In this document: piece by piece, positions 17,337 through 27,124 of the stretch
Numbering within the stretch: the stretch's first letter is position 1
Layout of the letters: the number at the start of each line of letters is the position of its first letter
Source: Bacteroidaceae bacterium
GTDB lineage: Bacteria; Bacteroidota; Bacteroidia; Bacteroidales; Bacteroidaceae
NCBI GenBank assembly: GCA_045654645.1
Contig: JAZONR010000023.1
Location: 730-64,729 of the forward strand
Direction: 5' to 3'
Length of the DNA: 64,000 bases
Translations under genes and position numbers: made by a program
The notes under the pieces: generated by a model
What the model was told of the DNA's origin: nothing
What the model saw: only the letters and a program-made list of their open reading frames with translations
Databases searched by the model: none

Positions 17337-17987
17337 TTACAGTGCGCGCAACGCATCAATGACACCGTGCGGGTCGGCTGCCTTGAACACGGCATTACCG
17401 GCAACAAGAGCATCGGAGCCCGCAGCAGCCAACAGTTTGCCGGTCTCGCTATTCACGCCACCATCAACCTCAATAAGCGCCTTTGAGCCTGTTGAGTCGA
17501 TGAGTTCACGCAACTCACGCACTTTGTTCACTGTGTGGGGAATAAACTTTTGGCCGCCAAAGCCGGGATTTACACTCATCAACAACACCAAGTCGAGCTC
17601 GTGAATAATATCCTTGAGCAGAGACACGGGTGTAGAGGGGTTAAGAGTAACACCGGCCATCATACCGGCATCCTTTATCTGTGTAACGGCACGGTGCAAG
17701 TGAGTACAAGCCTCATAGTGTATGTTCATTATGCGGGCATTCAAATCCTTCACAGCCGGAAGATAATTCATTGGTTCAACAACCATAAGATGAACATCGA
17801 GCGGCTTCTCGCACAGCTCGGCTACATATTTAAGCACGGGTGGCCCAAACGAAAGGTTGGGAACAAAGACACCGTCCATAATATCAATATGCAACCAATC
17901 GGCAGCACTCTCGTTAATCATTCTCAAATCCTCCTGCAAGTTGCCGAAATTCGCCGACAACAACGATGGTGAAACTATCTGCGCCAT
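17337..17987 (-). CDS. rpe: Ribulose-phosphate 3-epimerase
   Basis: 216 aa containing SPSLLSANFGNL, HIDIMDGVFVPN, HLMV, MSVNPGFGGQKF and VDGG. Confidence 0.95.
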   Translation of the reverse strand: MAQIVSPSLLSANFGNLQEDLRMINESAADWLHIDIMDGVFVPNLSFGPPVLKYVAELCEKPLDVHLMVVEPMNYLPAVKDLNARIMNIHYEACTHLHRAVTQIKDAGMMAGVTLNPSTPVSLLKDIIHELDLVLLMSVNPGFGGQKFIPHTVNKVRELRELIDSTGSKALIEVDGGVNSETGKLLAAAGSDALVAGNAVFKAADPHGVIDALRAL

Positions 17988-18007
17988 AATGATTTTCTAT
18001 TTATTAT

Positions 18008-18015
18008 GCGAAGAT
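18008..18015 (-). promoter_or_regulatory. -7 promoter box TATCTTCG for rpe-comEC
   Basis: Exact octamer 21 nt upstream of ATG 17987. Confidence 0.45.
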
Positions 18016-18085
18016 AGCACAAAGAAAAGGCTTTTGCAACAATGCAACGGGAGAAAAGGCATTTGGTCCTTAACTTTTATTTCAT

Positions 18086-18093
18086 TATCTTCG
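18086..18093 (+). promoter_or_regulatory. -7 promoter box TATCTTCG for sialidase gene
   Basis: Exact octamer 39 nt upstream of ATG 18132. It lies inside the longer ORF-track frame, which supports the shorter gene. Confidence 0.45.
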
Positions 18094-18131
18094 CAAAAGA
18101 TAAAAGAACACCCATTAAAAAGATAGGAAAA

Positions 18132-20207
18132 ATGAAAAGAGGAAAACTCCTTACGGCGCTGCTCGCCGTGTTGCTTGGCGTTACAGGCGCGTGGGCACAA
18201 CAGGGCAACATATTCTCGACATCATTCAAAAAAGGTATTCCCGTGCAAATTACCAACAACCGCGACAAGGGATTTGCCATCAGGCTGAACGAAGGCAGCA
18301 ACACCGTAAACAGTGGCAACGCCACCTACACGGCCGAGGAGATTTGGTATTTAGTGGGCAATGCCAATGGGTTCCGTCTCTATAACCACACAGCCGGCAA
18401 GCGCAAAGCGTTGAAACTTGAGAGCAACGAAAGTGGCGCAGCAGCAACAATGGCGGCAGAGAAAGAGGCCACGCTGCTTGCCCTTGCCCCACAAAGCGAC
18501 GGCAGCTACGCCATCACCCCCGCCAATGAGCAGGCAATGAGCTTCAATATGTTTGGCGGAGCCGGCCGCGACATCAAGCTCTACTCGAGTGAGGATGCCG
18601 GCGGACACTGGAATTTTAAGATACTTGACACAAAGAAACCGTTAATAATAAAGTATAACGCACAAACAGGAGGTGCCTTTGGCACCAACTACAAGATTGG
18701 CAACATAGCCTTCACCGTAGACGGCAGCACAAGCAATGTGATGCTCGACAGCCGCAACCTGCCGACAGCAACAACCTGCCACCTTCCTGTGGGAGCCAAA
18801 TTCAGCATTGCAGCCGGAAAGATGTGCCACGGCTGGGAAATGAGCATAAACGGCAGCAACGGCATCGAAGAACAGGAGTTGCCCTCAAAAGGAGCGACTG
18901 TAGAGATTAACATAACCGCCGACACCAACAACAAATACCAATATCTTTTCTATTCACCCGATGAAAAAGGTGTCCCCTATCGCATACCGGCCATTGTAAC
19001 CACCGCCAACGGCTACGTTTTTGCCATCAATGACTACCGCCCCTGCGGCAACGACATTGGTTATGGCGAGGTGGACCTTGTTATGCGCCACAGCACAAAG
19101 GCCGGCGAAGAGTGGAACGGCCACAGCTGGAGCGAAGCAATAAAGATTGCCGACGGTGTTGGCAAAGAGGCCACAGAGACCTGGCTTACCGGTTTTGGCG
19201 ACCCTGCCGTAGTGGCCGACCGAGAACACAACGAGATACTGGTGATGAGCGTATGCGGTAACCGCGTATGCTGGCACGGCAACTATGGCGCAGGAACTGC
19301 TGAAAACCCCGAAAACCCCAACCGTATGGCACGTCTTCGCATAAAGTTCAATGAAGAGAGTGGAGAGTGGGAGGTGGGCGAGCCCCAAGAGGTTACATAC
19401 AACATCTACCCTCTTTTTAAAGACAAGAATGGCAAGGCCCACGTGGGCTCAATGTTTATCGGGGCCGGGCGCATAGCGCAAAGCAGTATGATTAAGGTGG
19501 GCGACTATTACCGCATATACTGTGCTGTGTGGGCTGTGGAAACAGGCAGCTACCGCCACCACAACTATGCTCTCTATTCCGATGACTTTGGCGAAAGCTG
19601 GCAGCTGCTTGGCGAACTTGGCAACGACTTCAACGACAGCCCGGCACCCTATGGCAACGAGCCCAAATGCGAAGAGCTGCCCGACGGCAGCGTGCTTCTT
19701 AGCAGCCGCAAAGGCTATGGCCGTTACTTCAACGTGTTCCACTATACCAACTTTGAGAAGGCTGAAGGCTACTGGGACGGCGCTGTATCGACCGACCAGG
19801 TGGGCAACCTGAAGTTCGGCAGCAACGACACCAACGGCGAGCCATTGCGCGTGGGCAATGTACTTTTCCAGTCTGTGCCCACAGGCAACAACCGCAGTGG
19901 CGTGTCAATATTCTACAAAGAACTCTCTGACGACCCGGCAACATACACCCCTACCGAACTCTCAAATGGTTGGAAGAAGATTCAGATAACCGACCGCGAG
20001 TCGGCATACTCATCAATGTGTATACTGCCCGACGGCAACATAGGCCTCTACTACGAGGAGGAGCCGGGCGGTTACTCAATGGTATACGTACCGGTAGAAC
20101 TGGCAAACACACTTGATGCAATAACATATGGCGCACTGCCGTTCCGTTGCAGCACTTGCAAAAAAGGGTTGGAGATGAAGCTGAAAACCGTTGAGGACCC
20201 TGAATAA
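18132..20207 (+). CDS. Secreted exo-alpha-sialidase (GH33-like) with about 260 aa of N-terminal accessory modules
   Basis: Signal peptide is MKRGKLLTALLAVLLGVTGAWA/QQ. The YRIP motif (YRIPAIVTTANG) is at residue 283. An Asp-box is YSDDFGESW, and LPDGS/LPDGN repeats are present. Confidence 0.8.
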   Translation: MKRGKLLTALLAVLLGVTGAWAQQGNIFSTSFKKGIPVQITNNRDKGFAIRLNEGSNTVNSGNATYTAEEIWYLVGNANGFRLYNHTAGKRKALKLESNESGAAATMAAEKEATLLALAPQSDGSYAITPANEQAMSFNMFGGAGRDIKLYSSEDAGGHWNFKILDTKKPLIIKYNAQTGGAFGTNYKIGNIAFTVDGSTSNVMLDSRNLPTATTCHLPVGAKFSIAAGKMCHGWEMSINGSNGIEEQELPSKGATVEINITADTNNKYQYLFYSPDEKGVPYRIPAIVTTANGYVFAINDYRPCGNDIGYGEVDLVMRHSTKAGEEWNGHSWSEAIKIADGVGKEATETWLTGFGDPAVVADREHNEILVMSVCGNRVCWHGNYGAGTAENPENPNRMARLRIKFNEESGEWEVGEPQEVTYNIYPLFKDKNGKAHVGSMFIGAGRIAQSSMIKVGDYYRIYCAVWAVETGSYRHHNYALYSDDFGESWQLLGELGNDFNDSPAPYGNEPKCEELPDGSVLLSSRKGYGRYFNVFHYTNFEKAEGYWDGAVSTDQVGNLKFGSNDTNGEPLRVGNVLFQSVPTGNNRSGVSIFYKELSDDPATYTPTELSNGWKKIQITDRESAYSSMCILPDGNIGLYYEEEPGGYSMVYVPVELANTLDAITYGALPFRCSTCKKGLEMKLKTVEDPE

Positions 20208-20233
20208 ACAAAGGGAGTCCATATTACAACAAC

Positions 20234-20267
20234 ATACCCCGCAGACATCGCTGTGTCTGCGGGGTAT
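20234..20267. terminator. Bidirectional hairpin terminator
   Basis: Perfect 14-bp stem (ataccccgcagaca / tgtctgcggggtat) with a 6-nt loop, between convergent genes. Confidence 0.8.
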
Positions 20268-20306
20268 ATTATATAGACTCTTGACTACATTTTCTGCGTC
20301 AAGCCA

Positions 20307-21140
20307 CTATTCGAACGAACGCAAGAGAGCAATCTCCTCGGCCCAACGAGCTTCATCGGGTGTCTCAAGAATAATGGGAATATTATCGAAACGAGGGTCT
20401 TTCATAAAGCGTTTGAAGAAGTCAATGCCAAGCAGGCCCACTCCAACACTATCGTGCCTGTCCACACGCGAGCCAAGCGGCTTCTTTGTATCATTCAAGT
20501 GTATAGCCTTTAGATATTCAAGCCCCACAACACGCTCCAACTCGCCAAAAGCACCTTCATAGTCGCCAACAATATCATACCCGGCAGAATAGAAGTGGCA
20601 AGTATCGATGCACACACCCACGCGGCTCTTGTCATCTACACGATCAATTATGTAGCGTATTTCCTCGAGCCTGTTGCCAACATTGCTACCCTGCCCCGCA
20701 GTGTTCTCAATCACAGCTGTAACCCCTTTAGTCTTTGAAAGAGCAAGGTTTATGTTTGCAGCAATTTCATCGAGGCACTGCTCCACCGATATCTTTTTCA
20801 AATGGCTTCCCGGGTGGAAATTGAGCATCGTGAGCCCGAGCTGCTCACAGCGCTGCATCTCATCAAGAAAGGCGGCACGCGATTTCTGCAATGCCTCTTC
20901 ATCGGGGTTACCCAAATTAATGAGATAACTGTCGTGGGGCAAAATATATTCGGGAGCAAAACCTCCCGCCCTGCAATTCTCCTTGAAAAGTTCTATACTC
21001 TTTGCTGTGAGCGGCGCAGCCACCCACTGTCTTTGATTTTTTGTAAACAAGGCAAAGGCATTTGCGCCAACAGCTGCCGCGTTAAGCGGAGCATTCTCTA
21101 CACCGCCGCTTACCGATACGTGTGGTCCTATGAATTTCAT
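20307..21140 (-). CDS. nfo: Endonuclease IV (deoxyribonuclease IV)
   Basis: 277 aa beginning [39 protein letters not shown]. It also contains [20 protein letters not shown] and HLND. Confidence 0.95.
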   Translation of the reverse strand: MKFIGPHVSVSGGVENAPLNAAAVGANAFALFTKNQRQWVAAPLTAKSIELFKENCRAGGFAPEYILPHDSYLINLGNPDEEALQKSRAAFLDEMQRCEQLGLTMLNFHPGSHLKKISVEQCLDEIAANINLALSKTKGVTAVIENTAGQGSNVGNRLEEIRYIIDRVDDKSRVGVCIDTCHFYSAGYDIVGDYEGAFGELERVVGLEYLKAIHLNDTKKPLGSRVDRHDSVGVGLLGIDFFKRFMKDPRFDNIPIILETPDEARWAEEIALLRSFE

Positions 21141-21156
21141 CTTCTTTTGTTTTTTG

Positions 21157-21164
21157 CGAAAATA
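21157..21164 (-). promoter_or_regulatory. -7 promoter box TATTTTCG for nfo
   Basis: TAnnTTCG variant 16 nt upstream of ATG 21140. Confidence 0.4.
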
Positions 21165-21173
21165 GTAAAATAA

Positions 21174-21219
21174 ATGCCGGCAAGGAACTTTTTATGTTTT
21201 TTTAAATCCTTGCCGGCAT
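21174..21219 (-). terminator. Hairpin terminator after the phosphate transporter gene
   Basis: Perfect 13-bp stem (atgccggcaagga / tccttgccggcat) with a 20-nt loop. The sequence after it is U-rich on the minus strand. Confidence 0.65.
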
Positions 21220-21243
21220 AATAAAGCTATGCAGCTACCACCA

Positions 21244-23547
21244 TCAAAGGGCAGCCTCTGCAGTCTGATTCAAATGAAGGGCGAAGAACTTGTTACCACC
21301 ACGCAACAGGTTACGCACCTCACTGAGCAACTCGTGGCTCTCCTGAATGAGATTCAGATAAACGAAATCCATTCGCAAGCTGCCATTGCTCTGATGCAGA
21401 CGCATAGTCTGTTCCTTGCGAAGTGTGGCAAGCTTATGCTTGAGGTCCTTGGCTCTTGCCGAAACCTCCTCGGCATTAGAGTAGTCGCCACTTTCAATTA
21501 TCGCTGTAATATCCTTCAACACGCTATATACGCCCTGACAATAGGGAGAGAACTCCTCTACATAAACCTTGGACAATGGGCTGAAGCTGTTATCGGCGTG
21601 CTCCTTCATAGGCTCGCCAATGCGAGTGAGCGTATTGAGCATCTGCTGGCAGCTATTGGTGCACAGGTGATACCAGGTGCTGCGCTCAAAGGCAACCTGC
21701 TGGTCAATGCGCTGCAGACCACGCGTTTCGGCACGGCGCTGCTTTTTCATTGTAGCCTTCTCCTCAACAATCTTTATGAGAGTACTCTTCAAGGGGCGCA
21801 GGGCATCTTTTGAGAACGACTCAAACATCTTCCTGTATGCCTCGGCCGAGAATGAGAGAGTGTGCACAAGAGTATCGGCTGCGTGCACCTTTAGGTTTGC
21901 CCAAACAACATCCTCGTCATCGGACTTAAGAATGATATTCATCACCTCATCAACCTTCTCGGTCTCTTTCTTCTTATTATAGTTGATGTGGCTGCGAATG
22001 AGCAGATAGATTACAAGAGCAATCATCACATACATTGCAATCACGCCACCAAAGTTCATCACAGTGGCCACCAATGCCGCAATGATAAATGCCGCACCGG
22101 CGGTTATGAACCATCCACCCACAACCGACACCACGCCGGTTACACGATAGACAGCACTCTCACGGCCCCAGGCACGGTCGGCAAGTGAAGAACCCATACC
22201 CACCATAAATGTTACGTAGGTTGTTGAAAGAGGGAGCTTCAGCGAAGTACCCAAAGCGATGAGCAGACCCGCAAGCACCAGGTTCACCGATGCACGCACA
22301 AGGTCAAATGCAACATCCTCGCGCTCCTCCAGAGGCTTGAAACGCCCGTCAATCCATTTCTTCACACTTTCGGGGGTGTTGCGTGTTACAGCATCGGCAA
22401 GTTTGGCCGATGCACGCACCATATTGCGTGCAATTGAAGAGGTACCGAACATCTCGTTCTCTTCGTTCTGCTGGCTTGAAAGGTCGATAGAGGTCTGCAA
22501 CACCTTGCGTGCCTTTTTGCTGGTGAAGAGCGCATAAACCATTATGGCTCCGGCACCAACAAGGAAATATACAGGTGTTGTTGTGGGCTCCTTGAGCAGC
22601 TCCATAGACATATCCACGTTACCGCCGCCGGCAACGAAAGCCAGGAACGATTCAAGACCCGCCAATGTAACACCAATGAAGTTTACAAGGTCATTACCCG
22701 CAAATGCCATAGCAAGAGAGAAGGTACCCATAAGCACCACAATCTTCAGCACATTCACCTTGAGCAGGTGCAGCAGCTGCATAAGCAACGACAGCACAAC
22801 AAAGGCGCACAGAAGGAACAACCAGGTATCGCCATACACAAAATCGGTAACGACAGAAGGCAGGGCGGCAACCAACGAGCTACCCTTCAGGCCCTTTACA
22901 AGCATAAAATAGAGTATGGCTGTAGAAGCGAAACCACCATAAAGGCCTATTTTTCGCCACAAATTCCTGCGATAGTGGAAGGTGAATATAAGACGCGACA
23001 GCCACTGCACCACCATACCAAAGACAAAAGCAATTGCAACGGACAGGAATATCGAGATGATGATAGTGAGCGCCCTGCCGGTATTCAACATTCCCAAGCC
23101 CTCGCCACTATTGGCAAGCAATGCCGTGATGAATGATGCACCCAGCAACTCAAACACCATTGATACGGTTGTTGATGTGGGCATTCCCAATGAGTTGAAG
23201 AGGTCGAGCAGAAACACATCACTGATTACCACAGCCAGAAAAACACACATCACATTCTCAAAACTGAAGAATGCCGGGTTAAAGATACCGTTTCGCGCCA
23301 CATCCATCATTCCACTGCTGAACGAAGCACCAATGAAAATACCGAATGCTGCCACCAAAAGCACGTGTTTCACTTTGGCCGCCCTGGAGCCCACTGCCGC
23401 ACTCAAAAAATTGACAGCGTCATTGCTCACACCCACCGTAAGGTCAATAATGGCAAGTGTAAACATAAAAAGGACCACAAACAGATAGGATAACTCCACT
23501 GTTCCAAGTCCTTGAACAAAAGCAATAATGTTGTTAAAAAATTCCAT
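21244..23547 (-). CDS. PiT-family inorganic phosphate transporter fused to a C-terminal about 230-aa helical (PhoU-like) domain
   Basis: 767 aa. The PHO4/PiT signature occurs twice (GVSNDAVNFLSAAVGS and AGNDLVNFIGVTLAG), with about 10-12 TM helices. The soluble tail is helical and repeat-like. Confidence 0.8.
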   Translation of the reverse strand: MEFFNNIIAFVQGLGTVELSYLFVVLFMFTLAIIDLTVGVSNDAVNFLSAAVGSRAAKVKHVLLVAAFGIFIGASFSSGMMDVARNGIFNPAFFSFENVMCVFLAVVISDVFLLDLFNSLGMPTSTTVSMVFELLGASFITALLANSGEGLGMLNTGRALTIIISIFLSVAIAFVFGMVVQWLSRLIFTFHYRRNLWRKIGLYGGFASTAILYFMLVKGLKGSSLVAALPSVVTDFVYGDTWLFLLCAFVVLSLLMQLLHLLKVNVLKIVVLMGTFSLAMAFAGNDLVNFIGVTLAGLESFLAFVAGGGNVDMSMELLKEPTTTPVYFLVGAGAIMVYALFTSKKARKVLQTSIDLSSQQNEENEMFGTSSIARNMVRASAKLADAVTRNTPESVKKWIDGRFKPLEEREDVAFDLVRASVNLVLAGLLIALGTSLKLPLSTTYVTFMVGMGSSLADRAWGRESAVYRVTGVVSVVGGWFITAGAAFIIAALVATVMNFGGVIAMYVMIALVIYLLIRSHINYNKKKETEKVDEVMNIILKSDDEDVVWANLKVHAADTLVHTLSFSAEAYRKMFESFSKDALRPLKSTLIKIVEEKATMKKQRRAETRGLQRIDQQVAFERSTWYHLCTNSCQQMLNTLTRIGEPMKEHADNSFSPLSKVYVEEFSPYCQGVYSVLKDITAIIESGDYSNAEEVSARAKDLKHKLATLRKEQTMRLHQSNGSLRMDFVYLNLIQESHELLSEVRNLLRGGNKFFALHLNQTAEAAL

Positions 23548-23691
23548 ATTATTTTAAAACTATTATATCTTTCCCACACACAGACAAGCCCTTTTACACG
23601 ATATACACCCGGCACCGCCGAGAGACATTGCAACATTGTTACCAAGCCACAACAACCTAAACCACTCAAAGGGCTTTTCCGCAGTATACTG

Positions 23692-23699
23692 CAAATGTA
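23692..23699 (-). promoter_or_regulatory. -7 promoter box TACATTTG (second identical copy at 23723-23730) for the PiT gene
   Basis: Exact TAnnTTTG, 145 nt upstream of ATG 23547. The duplicate copy lies 31 nt further upstream. Confidence 0.4.
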
Positions 23700-23732
23700 A
23701 CAAATAGTTTAAAAAAACAAAACAAATGTAAT

Positions 23733-23776
23733 AAAAAAAAGAATGGCCCCCGCAATCATTAACAACTGCGGAGGCC
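23733..23776 (-). terminator. Intrinsic terminator after the porin gene
   Basis: 10-bp GC-rich stem with one mismatch (ggcccccgca / tgcggaggcc), followed on the minus strand by a run of 8 U. Confidence 0.7.
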
Positions 23777-23797
23777 GTAACAAAATGGCAAAAGATA

Positions 23798-25078
23798 TTA
23801 GAAGTCGTAGCGTGCCGAGAGATTTATTCTGTTGGCATTATAGGTGATGTCATTGAAATCCATTCTCCAACCGTGGAGATACTCAATGCCAAGCTGCATA
23901 TTCTCTGTTATATTATAGAAGAAATTGGCTGCCAGATACTGGCCTTTCCTGTAGGCCTCGGGATGAAGTTTATCATATCCTTTGCGAGAGCGGAGCACTG
24001 TCTGGCTGAATGTTGCAGAAGCAAAGCAACGCTTACTGAAATTATACTGCACGCCTGCATACCAAGACTCACTTGCAAGCATCATTGCCTTGCCGGGAGA
24101 TGTTGGGTCGGGGACAACATCAACACCCACATTAGAGATATTGTTCACCAAAGAGCCTATACCCTCGCCCACGGTAAACTGTCCCATAAGCTGCACAGGA
24201 CCCATTGTTGCGAGCATACTTGCCTGGGCGCCCCAGCCCACCCTGTCGCTCTCACCATTGGTGAGCTTATCAGTAAAAGAGATATCACGCATTATAGCTC
24301 CCAAACGGATGTGATTGTTTATATTATTATTAAGGTTGTACTGCACATAAATTGGCACATCAGGTACACGCTGCGCACCAACGGAAACAGTCTCATTGCC
24401 ACTACCATTCACATCGGGTGCCTCAAGGGCAACACCCATCGAAAGGCCAAAATCGAAACCATAACGCAACAACACCTGAGTGGTGCGATAGAATGTCATA
24501 CCGCAAGGACCGCCATAATCAATAGTTACAGGCACTGCAGCCAAGTCCATAAATGAGCCCACCGAATAACCAATTTTCAAATACTTGGTGCTCATATAGG
24601 CATTTTGCAACTCAAGCCCCAAGCCGCTTCCGCGCCAGTTGGCCGATGTAAACACCTCAAAATCGCCCAAAATGCGGCTTGTACCAACCAACTTAAGAAA
24701 AAGCGTAGAGTTGGTCAAGTCCATTCTATACTGACTCGACGCACCGCTGCGCTGAATTGCTGATGGCAAGAAATCGACATTATCCACAGCCTTATCGAAA
24801 TCGTACTCGATTTTTGTCTGCAGATAACCACCGATACCAAGCCCCCACTTACCCTCCTGGTCCACAAGCACAAAACGAGGTGCGCGCGGGTCATTGTGAT
24901 AGCCACTTTGAGTGTTCTGGAAAATCTCCACCACATCGGGTGCCTCATTAACCGTTTCACTAATACAGATCATTGGCGTAACATCATCGGGAATTTCCAC
25001 CCAGCGCTGCGCACTTACTGTAACGGTTGCCGGCAACAACAGTGCCGACAACAAAGAAATCTTCATAACTCTTTTCAT
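23798..25078 (-). CDS. Outer-membrane beta-barrel porin (DcaP-like / phosphate-porin-like), family not certain
   Basis: 426 aa. Signal peptide is MKRVMKISLLSALLLPATVTVSA/QR. Amphipathic strands alternate along the sequence, and the C-terminus is ...INLSARYDF. It lies directly upstream of the PiT gene. Confidence 0.6.
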   Translation of the reverse strand: MKRVMKISLLSALLLPATVTVSAQRWVEIPDDVTPMICISETVNEAPDVVEIFQNTQSGYHNDPRAPRFVLVDQEGKWGLGIGGYLQTKIEYDFDKAVDNVDFLPSAIQRSGASSQYRMDLTNSTLFLKLVGTSRILGDFEVFTSANWRGSGLGLELQNAYMSTKYLKIGYSVGSFMDLAAVPVTIDYGGPCGMTFYRTTQVLLRYGFDFGLSMGVALEAPDVNGSGNETVSVGAQRVPDVPIYVQYNLNNNINNHIRLGAIMRDISFTDKLTNGESDRVGWGAQASMLATMGPVQLMGQFTVGEGIGSLVNNISNVGVDVVPDPTSPGKAMMLASESWYAGVQYNFSKRCFASATFSQTVLRSRKGYDKLHPEAYRKGQYLAANFFYNITENMQLGIEYLHGWRMDFNDITYNANRINLSARYDF

Positions 25079-25319
25079 AACTGGTCAATTTTATATGAAT
25101 ACAGTCATTACAACACCGCATCTTCTTTTTTGTTTTGTAAAAAAGAGAGTCATAACTCCAATATTTTCGACAGACACACTCCAAACAATCTGCTTTAAGC
25201 GCAAAATGTTGTCCATTTCACAACAAATACCACATTTTACAAAAAAAATGCCACACATATAAAAAATATCACTTTCTTTGCAAAAAGGGGTTCCCCACCC
25301 CATTGCAAATGCCTATATA

Positions 25320-26240
25320 ATGCTTATGAAAGAAGAGACTGCCACTGTTAATAAGAAAGTCGAACATTTCAAATATTTGAAGGTTTCGCCACGCGATGAG
25401 CTTTGGGGCCTTGCCGTTACAACAGCCGGTTTCCAACACGTTCAACAGGGAGAGGTATATCCCCTTTCATCACACCCTGACGGCTACAACTTCCCCGAGA
25501 ACAAACGACGCATCTTGAATGAATATCAACTTGTTTACATAACACGCGGAACAGGATATTTCGAGAGCGCCTCTTGTTCAAGAACAAAGATTGAAGCCGG
25601 AATGATATTCATTCTCTTTCCAGGCGAGTGGCACACCTTTGCCCCCGACCCCTCCACCGGTTGGGACGACCATTGGCTGGGTTTCAACGGCAGTTTTATG
25701 GACAACAAGATACGCAACGGCTTCTTCACGTTCAAGAACTGCGTGTTCAAGGTGGGCATAGATGAAGCTATCATAGACACGTATCACCGCATTTTCGACA
25801 TAATAGCCAATGAGAAGAAGGGTATGCAGCAACTGGCGGCAAGCCTCACAATCTCCCTCATAGGACGCCTCTATTACGAAGGACTAAACCACACGCTTGG
25901 CGACACATATATAACACGCATCATAAACCAAGCCAAGGTGATACTGAAGGAGGACATACAAGGCAGCAAGTCGCTTGAACAGATTGCCGCCAGTCTCGAT
26001 ATAAGCTACTCGCTCTTCCGCCGCGAGTTCAAAAACAAATGCGGCATCTCCCCGGGACAATACCGCCAGGAGATAAAACTCGCAAGGGCAAAGGAGCTGC
26101 TCAACTCCACCAATATGAGCATTGCAGAGATATCGGCAACACTGAATTTCGAATGTATAGGACAATTTTCCACATTCTTTAGAAAAAAAGCGGGCATTCC
26201 ACCGCTCGAGTTTCGCAAACGCGGGACTAAAAATCTCTAA
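25320..26240 (+). CDS. AraC-family transcriptional regulator (cupin-type sensor domain plus two HTH motifs)
   Basis: The C-terminal part contains SLEQIAASLDISYSLFRREFKNKCGISPGQYRQEIKLARAKELL...IAEISATLNFECIGQFSTFFRKKAGIPPLEFR. The start is set to the first ATG; the ORF-track start at 25278 is TTG. Confidence 0.85.
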   Translation: MLMKEETATVNKKVEHFKYLKVSPRDELWGLAVTTAGFQHVQQGEVYPLSSHPDGYNFPENKRRILNEYQLVYITRGTGYFESASCSRTKIEAGMIFILFPGEWHTFAPDPSTGWDDHWLGFNGSFMDNKIRNGFFTFKNCVFKVGIDEAIIDTYHRIFDIIANEKKGMQQLAASLTISLIGRLYYEGLNHTLGDTYITRIINQAKVILKEDIQGSKSLEQIAASLDISYSLFRREFKNKCGISPGQYRQEIKLARAKELLNSTNMSIAEISATLNFECIGQFSTFFRKKAGIPPLEFRKRGTKNL

Positions 26241-26342
26241 ATCCTGTTAATAGTTGCCAAGAACAGCGTCGCATATTTGTTTAATACGTAAGTATTCACC
26301 AAATTGCGACGCATTTAAATTAATCACATAAACAACTGCTAT

Positions 26343-27056
26343 ATGAAAAGAGGTATAATAGCCGCAGCCATTGCTGCAATAATAACCATAGGCACACCAT
26401 TGGAGAGCCTTGCCCAGGAAGTAATACAACCTTTCATAAGAATAAGCACCACGGTGCAAAAAGAGGTTACCCCCAACGAAATATATCTGCGCATAACCAT
26501 CAACGAGAAGGACTACAAGGGAAAGAAGACGCTTGAGCAGATGCAGGAAGCACTCATTGGTGCACTGAAGATAAACCGCATAGACATTCCCGAATGTCTC
26601 TCACTCAATTATATGGGCAGCGAGATAGAGTACAAATCCTTCTCAAGAAGCATCAAGCCCAAAAGCGAAGCCACATACACACTGAAACTGCACGACGCCG
26701 CCACAATGCAGAGCGTCATTGCCGAGTTGGAAAAGCGACAGATATCAAACATAGAACTTGCCGGCACAAAGTTCACCAACGAGCAGGGCATAAAGGGCGA
26801 ACTGGGAACAATGGCAATGCAGCAGGCAAAAGCAGAGGCACAGCAGCTCGCCGGTGCCATAGGACAGGAGATAGGCAAGGCATTGAGCATCAGCTCATAC
26901 CTGAACAGCAACCAGATACAACCAAGATTGTACAAGGCGCGCAATGCAGTGGAGAGCGAAGATGCAGCACTTATGAGCAGCAGCGTGGCTCCAACCATAA
27001 GCATTGGCAAAATAACTTATAATTTCACAGTGGAGGTGCGCTTTGAACTGAAATAA
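26343..27056 (+). CDS. SIMPL-domain (DUF541) periplasmic protein
   Basis: 237 aa with a signal peptide. The pattern ...VTPNEIYLRITINEKD...AMQQAKAEAQQLAGAIG... is typical of SIMPL/DUF541. Confidence 0.7.
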   Translation: MKRGIIAAAIAAIITIGTPLESLAQEVIQPFIRISTTVQKEVTPNEIYLRITINEKDYKGKKTLEQMQEALIGALKINRIDIPECLSLNYMGSEIEYKSFSRSIKPKSEATYTLKLHDAATMQSVIAELEKRQISNIELAGTKFTNEQGIKGELGTMAMQQAKAEAQQLAGAIGQEIGKALSISSYLNSNQIQPRLYKARNAVESEDAALMSSSVAPTISIGKITYNFTVEVRFELK

Positions 27057-27083
27057 AAAAGGGCATTGGTTCCCGAACAAAAG

Positions 27084-27124
27084 ATAATATGCGGTGTTTC
27101 TTAAAAAAAGACACCGCATATTAT
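27084..27124 (+). promoter_or_regulatory. 14-bp hairpin between the SIMPL gene and doxX that sequesters the first two bases of the doxX start codon
   Basis: Arms ataatatgcggtgt (27084-27097) and acaccgcatattat (27111-27124) with a 13-nt loop. The doxX ATG is at 27123-27125. Confidence 0.5.

Noticed and set aside
18042-18131. Longer starts given by the ORF track for the sialidase and several other genes (9623, 11195, 14094, 25278, 28694, 39487, 44145, 46773, 49603, 51513, 54330, 59654, 60454)
   Set aside because: In each case the extension lacks a signal peptide or conserved N-terminus, often begins at TTG/GTG, and frequently contains the gene's own -7 promoter box. An internal ATG gives the canonical N-terminus.
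26267-26311. Imperfect hairpin after the AraC-family gene (cgtcgcatatttg ... caaattgcgacg)
   Set aside because: The stem has a bulge and a 20-nt loop and no U-tail. It could be a weak terminator or a coincidence, so it is not reported as a feature.
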